From Myxococcota bacterium (lineage in GTDB: Bacteria > Myxococcota_A > SURF-8): DNA of 64,000 nt. The DNA is taken from the NCBI GenBank assembly GCA_965140415.1, contig OZ223209.1, positions 640,001 through 704,000 of the forward strand. Reading direction: 5' to 3'. The notes beneath the pieces were generated by a model that did no database searches, had not been told where the DNA came from, and saw only the letters and a program-made list of their open reading frames with translations. A program made the position numbers and the translations under genes. Positions 37,646-47,514 of this stretch are shown piece by piece (position 1 is the stretch's first letter; each line of letters starts with the position of its first letter).

Positions 37646-39262
37646 ATGCCGGTGTTGGATAGTCGGATCGATCCGGATAGTGCGGTATATCGTACAAATT
37701 TCGAAGCGATGGAGAAACTCGTTTCGGAATTGAATGAGGAGCTGCGCATTGCGCGGGAACAGCGTTCGGAAAAGGCGCGCAATCGAAACGCCCAGTTGGG
37801 AAAGTTGACTGTTCAGCAGCGGCTCGATCGCCTGTTGGATAAGAATACCCCCTGGCTTGAGCTGGCGCCCCTTGCCGCGCGCGGCATGTACGACGGCAAA
37901 GTGCATGGCGCTGGTGTGCGTTCTGGAATCGGCGTGGTGAGCGGACGCGAAGTGATTATCAACGCCAACGACCCGATGATCAAGGGCGGCACGATCTACC
38001 CGATGGGCGTGAAAAAGAATCTGCGTATCCAGACCATCGCCATGGAAAATCACCTGCCGATGATCAACCTGGTGGATTCGGGTGGTGCGTATCTGCCGCT
38101 GCAATCGGAAATCTTTCCCGATATCGATGACGGCGGGCGCGTGTTCTATAACCAGGCGATCATGAGCAAGCTGAACATCCCGCAGATCACCGCCGTGATG
38201 GGGCTGTGCACCGCCGGTGGAGCCTACGTCCCTGCCATGAGCGATCATGTCGTACACGTCAAGAAAACCGGTGCGATCTTTTTAGGCGGACCGCCGCTGG
38301 TATTGGCGGCCACGGGAGAAGTCGTAAGCGCGGAGGATCTGGGTGGAGCTTCCGTGCATTGTTCGGAAAGTGGGGTAAGCGATTACATCGCCGAGGACGA
38401 TGCCGACGCCATCGAGCAGTTGCGGGAGATCGTCGCCATGCTGCCGCCGGGCGAGCGGTTCAGGATTCCGATGCGCGAACCGGCAGCTCCCTTGTACGAC
38501 AGCAAGGAAATCTACGGCATCGTGCCGGAGAAGCTCAGCACACCATACGACGTACGCGAGGTCATCGCCCGCATGGTGGACGGCAGCGAGTTTCTGGAAT
38601 TCAAAGAGCTATACGGACCGACGCTGGTCTGCGGCTGGGCGCATATACACGGTTACATGGTTGGCATTCTGGGCAATAACGGCGTGCTCTTTTCAGAAAG
38701 CTCGTTAAAGGCCACGCAGTTTATTTCTTTGTGTGACCGCCAGGGCATCCCACTGATATTTTTGCAGAACATCAACGGCTATATCATCGGGCGCGAATAC
38801 GAGCGCGGCGGCATCACCAAAGACGGCCACAAGATGGTGCATGCTGTCAGCACCGCCACCGTGCCGAAATTCACCGTGATCGTTGGGGCTTCGTTCGGTG
38901 CAGGCAATTACGGCATGTGCGGGCGGGCGTATTCGCCGCGCTTTTTGTGGATGTGGCCCAACGCCAAAATCGGCGTCATGGGCGGCGAGCAGGCGGCGGA
39001 TGTGCTGGTGACGGTGAAAAACGACCAGCTCAAGCGCGAAGGTCAAGATCCATTGCCGGATGAATTCGTCCAGGCCATCAAGCAGCCTGTCGTCGAAACA
39101 GCCGATAAGGAAGGCAATGCCTATCACAGCACGGCCAACGTCTGGGACGACGGCATTATCGATCCGGCCAAGACCCGCGATGTGCTGGGCCTGGCGCTTT
39201 CGGCTTCGCTGAATAATCCCCTGCACGATCGCAAGCAGGGTCACGGCACCTTCCGCATGTAG
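37646..39262 (+). CDS. Acyl-CoA carboxylase carboxyltransferase subunit (MccB/LiuB-like)
   Basis: VDSGGAYLP, GLCTAGGAYVPAM, GASFGAGNYGMCGRAY, WDDGIIDP. Confidence 0.92.
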   Translation: MPVLDSRIDPDSAVYRTNFEAMEKLVSELNEELRIAREQRSEKARNRNAQLGKLTVQQRLDRLLDKNTPWLELAPLAARGMYDGKVHGAGVRSGIGVVSGREVIINANDPMIKGGTIYPMGVKKNLRIQTIAMENHLPMINLVDSGGAYLPLQSEIFPDIDDGGRVFYNQAIMSKLNIPQITAVMGLCTAGGAYVPAMSDHVVHVKKTGAIFLGGPPLVLAATGEVVSAEDLGGASVHCSESGVSDYIAEDDADAIEQLREIVAMLPPGERFRIPMREPAAPLYDSKEIYGIVPEKLSTPYDVREVIARMVDGSEFLEFKELYGPTLVCGWAHIHGYMVGILGNNGVLFSESSLKATQFISLCDRQGIPLIFLQNINGYIIGREYERGGITKDGHKMVHAVSTATVPKFTVIVGASFGAGNYGMCGRAYSPRFLWMWPNAKIGVMGGEQAADVLVTVKNDQLKREGQDPLPDEFVQAIKQPVVETADKEGNAYHSTANVWDDGIIDPAKTRDVLGLALSASLNNPLHDRKQGHGTFRM

Positions 39263-39272
39263 GAGCAGATCG

Positions 39273-40787
39273 ATGTTCGATTCATTACTGATCGCCAACC
39301 GGGGAGAGATCGCCGTCCGTGTGATGCGCACGGCCAAGGAAATGGGCATTCGTACCATCGCGGTATATTCGGATGCCGATAGCGACACCCCGCATGTATT
39401 GCAGGCGGATGACGCCGTGTGTATCGGTTCGGCGGAGCCCGCTCAAAGCTATTTGAATATCGAGGCCATTTTAAAGGCCGCCAAAGAAAGCGGTGCCAAG
39501 GCTATTCATCCAGGCTATGGATTCCTTTCGGAAAACCCGGAATTCGCTCGGGCGGTAGATGAGGCGGGCCTGATTTTCGTCGGCCCTGCGGCAGAGGTGA
39601 TGGCCGCACTGGGCGATAAGACCTCCGCGCGCGAACTGGCGCGTTCGCAAGGTGTGCCGGTGACTCCCGGCTTTGAAAAGCGGGATGCCAGCGCAGAAGA
39701 ACTGGAAGCGGCGGCCAAGGAAATCGGTTATCCGGTTTTGATCAAAGCGGCGGCGGGTGGTGGCGGAAAAGGAATGCGCGTGGTAAGCGATCCTGCTTTG
39801 CTTGTCGAATCGGCAAAGCAAGCGGCCAGCGAAGCCAAAAGCGCGTTTGGCGATGGCACGATCTACCTGGAAAAATACCTGGAACGTCCGCGCCACGTCG
39901 AAATTCAAATTATGGCCGATAAAAACGGCCATGCCATCCATCTGTTCGAGCGGGAATGCTCCATTCAGCGCCGTCACCAGAAAATCGTGGAGGAATCGCC
40001 CTCGCCGGTGCTGGATGCGGATTTGCGCGAACGTATGGGCCAGGCGGCGGTGGCGCTGGTAAAGGCGGCTGGCTACGTCAATGCCGGAACGGTGGAGTTT
40101 TTACTGGATGAAAACAACAACTTCTATTTTCTGGAGGTCAATACGCGCCTTCAGGTGGAGCATCCGGTCACGGAGATGATCACCGGCCTGGATCTGGTGC
40201 GGCTGCAATTGCAGATTGCAGACGGGCAGGCGCTGTCCTTGCAACAGCAGGACGTAACCTTGCGAGGGCACGCCATCGAATGCCGCCTGTATGCGGAAGA
40301 TGCGGCCAAGGGCTTTCTGCCTTCGCCGGGGAAGATCCTGTTGGCGATTGTGCCGGAAGGACCGGGGGTGCGCTTCGATCATGCCATTCGAACCGGTCTG
40401 GATGTGCCGGTTTATTACGATCCGATGCTGGGCAAGCTGATTGCCACTGCGCCGGATCGGAACAGTGCGATACAACGCATGATTCGGGCGCTTGAAGAAT
40501 GCGTGATCCTGGGTGTGGCTACGCCGGTGGAATTTCTGCTCGACGTGCTGCGCTCGCCCGCTTTCAGACAAGGCGAAACGCATACGCATTTTATCGAGCA
40601 GCATTTTTGCGAATGGACGCCGAGTGATGACGCGGATGTGGAAGCGGCAGTCGGTTATACACTTGCTCCCGCTGTTTCAAGAAGTTCCGTACAATACAAT
40701 GGTGCAGCACAGGGTATCGCGACGCCTTTCGAACGCCTGGGTAAATGGGATCTGTACGATCCGAGCGGGAAAGGAGAGCGGTCATGA
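39273..40787 (+). CDS. Biotin carboxylase subunit
   Basis: ANRGEIAVR, HPGYGFLSEN, GGGGKGMR, ERECSIQRRHQK, EVNTRLQVEH. Confidence 0.94.
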   Translation: MFDSLLIANRGEIAVRVMRTAKEMGIRTIAVYSDADSDTPHVLQADDAVCIGSAEPAQSYLNIEAILKAAKESGAKAIHPGYGFLSENPEFARAVDEAGLIFVGPAAEVMAALGDKTSARELARSQGVPVTPGFEKRDASAEELEAAAKEIGYPVLIKAAAGGGGKGMRVVSDPALLVESAKQAASEAKSAFGDGTIYLEKYLERPRHVEIQIMADKNGHAIHLFERECSIQRRHQKIVEESPSPVLDADLRERMGQAAVALVKAAGYVNAGTVEFLLDENNNFYFLEVNTRLQVEHPVTEMITGLDLVRLQLQIADGQALSLQQQDVTLRGHAIECRLYAEDAAKGFLPSPGKILLAIVPEGPGVRFDHAIRTGLDVPVYYDPMLGKLIATAPDRNSAIQRMIRALEECVILGVATPVEFLLDVLRSPAFRQGETHTHFIEQHFCEWTPSDDADVEAAVGYTLAPAVSRSSVQYNGAAQGIATPFERLGKWDLYDPSGKGERS

Positions 40788-41284
40788 CGGAAAGCATTCG
40801 CATCACAGAACGCGACTTCGAACTGGAGCAGCTTGACGGTCAGATCCGGCTTGGTGAGAACGTTTACAAGGTCGAACCCTGCCTGCAAAGTGAAAACAAG
40901 CAGGTCGTTCGAATCGACAATCGCATTGCCACGCTCTACACCGTGCGGACGGATACCGGTGTTTGGGTGTTTTCGCGGGGCAGGGCGCGCTTCGTCGAGG
41001 ATCTGTCCAAAAGTGGCAGTCGGCGAAAAAGCAAAACCGGTCAGAGCGAACAGGTAACGCCGCAGATGCCGGGCGTCGTGGTGAACGTACTGGTAAGCGT
41101 GGGTGAAGCGGTTACGAAAGGCCAGGGGCTGGTCGTGGTCAGTGCGATGAAAATGGAGGCGGTATTGGCCGCGCCGTTTAACGGCGTGGTGGAGGCTGTG
41201 AACGTCGAAGCGGGAGATAAAGTCTCGCCGGGTGAAATCCTGGTGGACGTTACCCGGGATGCGCAAGGAGGCGACGATGAGTGA
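40784..41284 (+). CDS. Biotin carboxyl carrier protein with N-terminal BT-like domain
   Basis: PQMPGVV, SAMKME biotinylation motif; ATGA overlap with the upstream gene. Confidence 0.88.
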   Translation: MTESIRITERDFELEQLDGQIRLGENVYKVEPCLQSENKQVVRIDNRIATLYTVRTDTGVWVFSRGRARFVEDLSKSGSRRKSKTGQSEQVTPQMPGVVVNVLVSVGEAVTKGQGLVVVSAMKMEAVLAAPFNGVVEAVNVEAGDKVSPGEILVDVTRDAQGGDDE

Positions 41285-42044
41285 CGAGTTGCTCTATGAA
41301 GTGAAAGGACATGCGGCCTGGATCACGTTGAATCGGCCCGAAAAACGCAACGCCATCAGCGTGGCCATGATCGAGCGCTTCAACGAATACCTGGACGCCA
41401 TCGAAGCGGACGAAAGCATTCGTGTCGTCTGCTTAACCGGCGCGGGGGATACGACGTTTTGTTCGGGTGCGGATCTGGCCGGTGCATTCGAAGGCGGCCC
41501 GCAGCAGGGCGCATTGAAATACGCAAATCTGTTATTGCGACTGAACCGTTTTTGCAAACCCTTGGTGGCGCGGCTCAACGGTCATTGTCTGGCTGGCGGC
41601 ATGGGGCTGATGCTCTCCTGCGACATCGCTTATGCAAAAGAAGGCATCTACATCGGTACGCCCGAAGTTAAGGTAGGGTTGTTCCCAATGATGATCGGAG
41701 CCCTGATTTTCAAAAACGCCATACGCAAGCAGGCGTTGGAGATGATTTACACCGCGCGGATGCTCTCGCCGTTACAGGCCGAGCGCATGGGATTGATCAC
41801 GCGCACCTACGAAGCGGAAGATTTGGACCGCGAAGTGGAAGAAACGCTGGCGGATATAGCCAAGAATGCGCCTTTGGCGATTCAGGCGGGACGGCAGGCG
41901 CTGGCTGCGGCGGAAGAAATGGACTTGGAAAATGCCTTTCCTTTTCTGGCGGATGAACTGGGAAAAATCTTTCAAAGCGAAGACGCCGCCGAGGGACTTT
42001 CCGCCTTTTTCCAGAAACGCGAACCGGTTTGGAAGAACCGATAA
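41277..42044 (+). CDS. Enoyl-CoA hydratase/isomerase family protein
   Basis: ITLNRPEKRNA, FCSGADL, AGGMGL, PEVKVGL. Confidence 0.92.
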   Translation: MSDELLYEVKGHAAWITLNRPEKRNAISVAMIERFNEYLDAIEADESIRVVCLTGAGDTTFCSGADLAGAFEGGPQQGALKYANLLLRLNRFCKPLVARLNGHCLAGGMGLMLSCDIAYAKEGIYIGTPEVKVGLFPMMIGALIFKNAIRKQALEMIYTARMLSPLQAERMGLITRTYEAEDLDREVEETLADIAKNAPLAIQAGRQALAAAEEMDLENAFPFLADELGKIFQSEDAAEGLSAFFQKREPVWKNR

Positions 42045-42071
42045 TCGAACTCATACAAAAGGAAGCCTGCT

Positions 42072-42956
42072 ATGTCGATGTGGATCAAAGACAATCAGAA
42101 TTACGAACGCCCCTGCATGATTACCTGCGCGCTTTCCGGCGTGGTGGCCAATCGCCAACAGTGCCCGGCGATTCCTTATACTCCCGAAGAATACGCCGCC
42201 GAAGCCAAGCGCGCCTATGAAGCAGGTGCGGCGGTGGTGCACATTCATGCCCGCACGCCCGACGGCAAACCCAGTTACGACGTGCAGGACTATCGCAACA
42301 TTCACGACGCCATCGTCGATGCCTGTCCCATCATCACCAATTTCTCGACCGGTGCGGTCGGCATCACAACCGATATGAAAGTCAACCCGATCAAGGAAGT
42401 CAAACCCGCCATTGGCGCATTGAACATGGGTTCGATGAACTACGCCAAGTATCATCCCAAGCGTAAGGACTTCGTCTTCGAGTTCGTTTTTCCCAATCCC
42501 TTTTCGGAAATCAAGGCGATCGTCGAAGCCATGAACGGGGTAGACGTCAAACCCGAGATGGAATGCTTCGACATGGGGCATATCGGCAACAGTTACCCGC
42601 TGATCGACATGGGTTTATTGAAGCCGCCGTACCAGTACAGCCTGATCATGGGTGTACTCGGCGGCATTGCGCCCACGGTGCCGAATCTGGTGCGTATGGT
42701 GGAGATGCTGCCGCCACAGAGCGACTGGGAACTGATCGGCATCAGCCACGATCAGTGGCGACTGGTAGCCGCCGCCATCAGCCTGGGCGGCAACGTGCGC
42801 GTGGGACTGGAGGACAACTTCTATCTTTCCGCCGGCGAAATGGCAGAGAGCAACGGCGATCTGGTCGCCAAGGCCGCACGCATGGTGCGCGATCAGGGGC
42901 GCGAAGTGGCCACGGTCGAGCAGTGCCGGGAGCGCCTGGGACTGCAACATCGCTGA
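42072..42956 (+). CDS. Beta-keto acid cleavage enzyme (BKACE/DUF849, Kce family)
   Basis: IPYTPEE, AGAAVVHIHAR, STGA, RVGLEDN. Confidence 0.92.
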   Translation: MSMWIKDNQNYERPCMITCALSGVVANRQQCPAIPYTPEEYAAEAKRAYEAGAAVVHIHARTPDGKPSYDVQDYRNIHDAIVDACPIITNFSTGAVGITTDMKVNPIKEVKPAIGALNMGSMNYAKYHPKRKDFVFEFVFPNPFSEIKAIVEAMNGVDVKPEMECFDMGHIGNSYPLIDMGLLKPPYQYSLIMGVLGGIAPTVPNLVRMVEMLPPQSDWELIGISHDQWRLVAAAISLGGNVRVGLEDNFYLSAGEMAESNGDLVAKAARMVRDQGREVATVEQCRERLGLQHR

Positions 42957-43083
42957 AGCTTTCGCAAACGATTGACGTACAAGCGGCAATCGCCTAGACT
43001 GGCGTTGTGAATAGAGTAGGTATTACTCATTTCTGTCCATCGAGTAATCACGATGTGCCATGGTCTCACGGAATGGAAATTCC

Positions 43084-43123
43084 GGAAGGCCGTGTGTAAC
43101 TACAAGAAGACACACAGCCTTCC
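43084..43123. other. 14-bp inverted repeat downstream of the catabolic operon
   Basis: GGAAGGCCGTGTGT-N12-ACACACAGCCTTCC, one mismatch. Confidence 0.5.
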
Positions 43124-43217
43124 ACGATCTTCGATCGCGTAAGACTATGGCACACATTATTCAAATTAATGGCTAAAAATGATTGAGAACCGCTATACAA
43201 GCGCTTCGGGGTCGGAT

Positions 43218-44477
43218 ATGTCCGAAAAGGTTTCCTCAAGCCGCGTGGCGGTGCTGCTGTTTTTCCTGCTGTTGATCGCCGCTCCGGCGCTGTGGCTGGG
43301 TCTGTCTCAGCCGCCCGATCTGGATGAACCGGCCTTTCACCTGCCCGCCATCCAGCAGTACATCGACCAGTTTCCGGCATTCGATCTGCAACACTATCAC
43401 AGCGCCTCCGGTCCCGTGCCTTACATGCTGTGGTCCGTATGGGGGCAGCTTTTCGGCGACAGCCTCCCCGCATTGCGACTGCTTTCCTTGTTGCTTGGTC
43501 TGGGTTGCGTAGTCATTCTATGGCGCGTATTGCGGGACGAACCGACCGGAAGGACCGCGCTGCTACTGGGGTTGATCGTATTGCAACCCTATTTTCTGTA
43601 TCGCTGCTACACCATTTACACCATGATTCCGGCGCTGGTTACGGCCTTACTGGCGCTGGCGTTCTATCTTCGTTTCGAACGGAAGAAGGAATATTCCAGC
43701 CTGCTTGTATTTGCGCTGTTCGCGTCACTGGCCGTATGCAGCCGCCAGGTCTATCTTTCCTATGTGGCCGGAGTGCTGGCGCATTTCACCTTGTTTCACC
43801 TGCTGCCGTCCTGGCGCAAGGACCGTGGCCGCAGTCTAGCCCAGGGCGCGCTACTAATGCTGCCGGTGTTTGCGCTACTGGGACTGTTCTGGTTGTGGGG
43901 TGGCAGCAATCCACCTGATTTTCGCGAAAACGCCGTGCGCGGAATCAATTGGCGCATGCTGGATTTCGTGCCGCTCTTTTTGGGATTCTGGTTTCTGCCG
44001 GTGGCCTGGACGCTTGCCCGGCGCGTGTCGCCGGTGTTATGGCTCCTTGCTGCCGTGGCGTCACTGCATCTGATTTTCTGGCCCTATATCGCCGATCCGG
44101 TGGGCATCGAGGCGGGAAACGTTTCCGGTGTGATCGCCAAGCTGTTTCTGAAAGCGGCCAGCAAGGGACTGCCACTGTGGCTATTGGGACTGGCCCAGGC
44201 GGCGTTGTGGTCCGCCGGAGTCATTGTTTTGGCGGCTCTGTTGTACCGGCTGAAGCATGTCGGCAGTTGGATCGCGTTTGCCCATTTCGGCTTATTGGCC
44301 TTTATCCCGCATACCTGGGAACGCTTTTTCCTGCCGGTGATTCCGATTTTGTGGCTGAGCCTGCGTGACACCGTGAAAGCAAGGCCGATCTTTTTGCTGT
44401 GGCTGGTCTTTCAGGCACTGCTTACCGCCATGTATGTTGCGCAAAAAAGCGGCGTATTCGGCGGTGCATCCTTTTAA
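43218..44477 (+). CDS. Polytopic membrane protein, GT-C-fold glycosyltransferase-like
   Basis: DE in first loop (PDLDEPAFHLP), LRLLS, RQ motif, many TM helices; start may be 43179. Confidence 0.65.
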   Translation: MSEKVSSSRVAVLLFFLLLIAAPALWLGLSQPPDLDEPAFHLPAIQQYIDQFPAFDLQHYHSASGPVPYMLWSVWGQLFGDSLPALRLLSLLLGLGCVVILWRVLRDEPTGRTALLLGLIVLQPYFLYRCYTIYTMIPALVTALLALAFYLRFERKKEYSSLLVFALFASLAVCSRQVYLSYVAGVLAHFTLFHLLPSWRKDRGRSLAQGALLMLPVFALLGLFWLWGGSNPPDFRENAVRGINWRMLDFVPLFLGFWFLPVAWTLARRVSPVLWLLAAVASLHLIFWPYIADPVGIEAGNVSGVIAKLFLKAASKGLPLWLLGLAQAALWSAGVIVLAALLYRLKHVGSWIAFAHFGLLAFIPHTWERFFLPVIPILWLSLRDTVKARPIFLLWLVFQALLTAMYVAQKSGVFGGASF

Positions 44478-44540
44478 TTGCGTGCAAATTCCGCTACACT
44501 GACGCGTCGAATAGATTATCTGCAACGAGGAGTCGCTTAC

Positions 44541-44795
44541 ATGCCCAAAATCGATATTTACACCACTCAGTTCTGTCCCTACTGCGTTCGAGCCAAGAAA
44601 CTGCTGCAATCCAAGGGTGCAAGCTACAACGAGATTCGCCTGGATCAAGACCCCTCGCGCTCGGAAGAATGCCTTACGCGCAGTAACGGTGGGCGCACCG
44701 TGCCGCAGATCTTCATCGGCGATCTGCATGTGGGCGGTTGCGACGATCTCTATGAATTGGAACGTCAGGGCAAACTGGATACGCTATTGGCTTAA
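44541..44795 (+). CDS. grxC: Glutaredoxin 3
   Basis: CPYC, TVPQIFI, GGCDDL; GAGGAG RBS. Confidence 0.95.
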   Translation: MPKIDIYTTQFCPYCVRAKKLLQSKGASYNEIRLDQDPSRSEECLTRSNGGRTVPQIFIGDLHVGGCDDLYELERQGKLDTLLA

Positions 44796-45973
44796 CTTTT
44801 GATGCGCACCACGCCATCGTCACACAAGGCGGCTATATCTGTTTCGGTATAGCCGCTCTCCATTAGAATTTCGCGAGTATGTTCTCCCAAAAAGGCCGCC
44901 GGGGATAACGATGCGCCGTGCTGCTGCAAGGCTGGAACGGCCCGAGCGCGCGTCAGTTTGGAATCCCCGACTGCGACATCCTCGAACAGCTTGTGCGACT
45001 TGAAATGCGGGTGCTCAGGTACATCTGCAAGGTTCAGCACCGGCTCGCAGCAGGTGTCGACGTCTGCGAGAATCTCCACCCATTCTTTCTGTGTGCGGCT
45101 GCGGAATTGCGCCTGCAATTCTTGATACGCCACGGTATTTTCCGCGATGCGGTCGTATTGATGCTCCATCAGATCCGGTCGCTTGAGCAACTCACACAGC
45201 GTTTGAAAGAATTTGGGTTCCAGTGCCGCCAGCGACATGTAGCGCTGATCTTTCGTTTCGTACAGGTTATAGCAGAGATAGCGCCCCGATAGCAGCGTCT
45301 CGCCGCGTGCGGGCCGCTGGTTTTGCGCCATGACTTCCGCCAGTTGAATTGGCATCAGCGCGATCTGCCCGTCGCACATCGACACATCCAGATGTTCGCC
45401 TTCGCCGGTGCGCATACGACGAAACACCGCCGCCAGGATGGAGAGCACGGCGGCATAGGAACCGGCCAGATCGGACATCTGCGTTCCCGGCATGGCGGGT
45501 GCGCCGTTACGAACGCCGGTCATTTCCACCAGCCCCACCAATGCCTGGAAATTCAAGTCGTGTCCGGCGCGGGTGGCGAATGCGCCCTGCTGGCCGTAAC
45601 CGGTCAGCGAGCAATAGATGATTTCCGGGTTGACTTCGCGAAGATCTTCGTACGAAAGACCGAAGCCGGCCATGGTGCCGGGGCGGAAGCCTTCCAATAC
45701 GACATCATAGTGCTTCACGAGACGCCAGATCACTTCACGGCTTTTGGGATGCTTGAGATCGATCGACAGATTCTTTTTCCCGACGTTCAGGCTTTCGTAC
45801 AGCGCCCCGCGCCCTTCGATCAGTGGTGGCGCCATCCGGGCCGGATCGCCCACGCCCGTGTCTTCGACCTTAATTACTTCCGCTCCCATTTCAGCCAGCA
45901 TCAAACTGGCGAAAGGTCCGGGCAATAACCTGGAAAAATCCAATACGCGCAAGCCTTGTAAATACGCGGTCAT
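44792..45973 (-). CDS. CaiB/BaiF family III CoA-transferase / alpha-methylacyl-CoA racemase-like protein
   Basis: RVLDFSRLLPGPF, EGFRPG, TGYGQ, AGHD, SDLAG. Confidence 0.9.
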   Translation of the reverse strand: MTAYLQGLRVLDFSRLLPGPFASLMLAEMGAEVIKVEDTGVGDPARMAPPLIEGRGALYESLNVGKKNLSIDLKHPKSREVIWRLVKHYDVVLEGFRPGTMAGFGLSYEDLREVNPEIIYCSLTGYGQQGAFATRAGHDLNFQALVGLVEMTGVRNGAPAMPGTQMSDLAGSYAAVLSILAAVFRRMRTGEGEHLDVSMCDGQIALMPIQLAEVMAQNQRPARGETLLSGRYLCYNLYETKDQRYMSLAALEPKFFQTLCELLKRPDLMEHQYDRIAENTVAYQELQAQFRSRTQKEWVEILADVDTCCEPVLNLADVPEHPHFKSHKLFEDVAVGDSKLTRARAVPALQQHGASLSPAAFLGEHTREILMESGYTETDIAALCDDGVVRIKS

Positions 45974-46111
45974 CTTCGTTCACTCCGGAAAAGCAGCAGC
46001 TTGTTTTTGTTGTAGGCACTGTAGCACGGAGACGAGTGACCGGCCAAGGATTCTTGTCAAAGGGAGTCGGTATCGGGATTTTTGTTAAACCGAAGGTTCG
46101 GTTCTTGCGGC

Positions 46112-47509
46112 TTATTTGATCTTGTCGCGGGCTTCGGCAAAGCGCACTTTGGCGACTTCGATCCAGGTTCCCTGCGGGTATAGAGTGATATACGCCAGGT
46201 AGGCGCGCAGGGCGTCGCCGTGCTCTTGCAGGTTGTGATGACATTCGCCGAGCAGGAAACGCGCTTTCTCGCTCTCCGGACCGGGATGCTGACTGATGAA
46301 GTTTTTCAGATTGGCAATGGCCCGCAAGGTATAGCCGGAGCGCATCTGCTTATCCACTACGGAATAAAAGCGTCCGATGGCGTCGCGTTGTGGCATTGCC
46401 AGGTTTTCCAGCGTCAACTGCCAACTGGTGCGCTGCACAACCGCTTTTGGGCGAGCTTCGAGAACCGGATCGGTTTCGAGGCGGTTACGTGGGTCATTCG
46501 TTTTCGGCGAAGGCGTATTGAGCTTCATGCGCGGATCGGGACGATTCAGGTTTTCCACCTGCCGCGACTGTTCCGGTGTAAAGCCGAAACGTCGTTCGAA
46601 CAGATCGCGACCGGTCAACCCGGTGCCCGCTTGGATCTGGTTCTGTCCGATTTGCCAGGACGCGTTTTCGCCTTCCCGGATGTCGATCTGCTGTCGATTG
46701 CCGCGCTGAACCTGAACGGCTCCCTCCAGAACGTCTACCGAGCCGTTGCCGTTACGGTCGGAGCGGACGATAAAGCGGGTGCCGATATCGACGAGCCGTG
46801 TTCCCTGTGAGAAAACGAGGAAGGGATCGTTTTCATCATGTAGAACATCCACTGCCACTGCGCCGTGATGCAGGTAGGGATGAACCTTGCCACCGCTTTC
46901 GTGAAAGCGAAGTTCCGAACGTTCACCCAAAGTCAAGGTGGCGCGTTGATTCAGCCGGAAACGCAGTGTGGTTTTGGCATCGGTCTTCAAAATATCTCCG
47001 GCGCGCACCAGTTGGCCGTTCGGATCGATCAAAGCAAGCTTGGCTTGATCGCCGGAATCCAGGTTTTCTATTGAAGCGGTCAGCCCGCTGGAGTCTTCGC
47101 TGCCGGTATCGATTCCGATCAGGTTGTCCAGCGAGGCAATTCCAGGTTGTGTAGCGCTTTGTGGAGTAACGTGGAACAAGCCGGTGGTAATTGCGATCAG
47201 TGCGATGGCCGCCAGAATGGCAGGCGCCCAGATCAAGCCCCAGCGTGCTCTGCTGCGGCGCGATTGGCGCTGCTCCGTTCGGAGGCTTGTAAACAGGCGC
47301 TCTTCGATGCGCTCCCAGTCTGTTTCGCTGGGCTGGTAGAGATCCAGCGCCTGGGGAAGCAAGTGGTCGAGATTACGAAGGGTATCCAATTCCAGTCGAA
47401 GCGCGGCGGAGGTTTGCAACTCCTGCTCAATGCGCAGGGCTTCATCTTTAGGGACTTCCCCATTGATGTAGCGTTGCAATTGTTCGGTTGTGGTGCGGAT
47501 TTCGGTCAT
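46112..47509 (-). CDS. FecR-domain anti-sigma factor with C-terminal TPR
   Basis: N-terminal anti-sigma helices, one TM, DIGTRF and VLEGAV FecR motifs, TPR ending YPQG. Confidence 0.85.
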   Translation of the reverse strand: MTEIRTTTEQLQRYINGEVPKDEALRIEQELQTSAALRLELDTLRNLDHLLPQALDLYQPSETDWERIEERLFTSLRTEQRQSRRSRARWGLIWAPAILAAIALIAITTGLFHVTPQSATQPGIASLDNLIGIDTGSEDSSGLTASIENLDSGDQAKLALIDPNGQLVRAGDILKTDAKTTLRFRLNQRATLTLGERSELRFHESGGKVHPYLHHGAVAVDVLHDENDPFLVFSQGTRLVDIGTRFIVRSDRNGNGSVDVLEGAVQVQRGNRQQIDIREGENASWQIGQNQIQAGTGLTGRDLFERRFGFTPEQSRQVENLNRPDPRMKLNTPSPKTNDPRNRLETDPVLEARPKAVVQRTSWQLTLENLAMPQRDAIGRFYSVVDKQMRSGYTLRAIANLKNFISQHPGPESEKARFLLGECHHNLQEHGDALRAYLAYITLYPQGTWIEVAKVRFAEARDKIK

Positions 47510-47514
47510 GTTTA

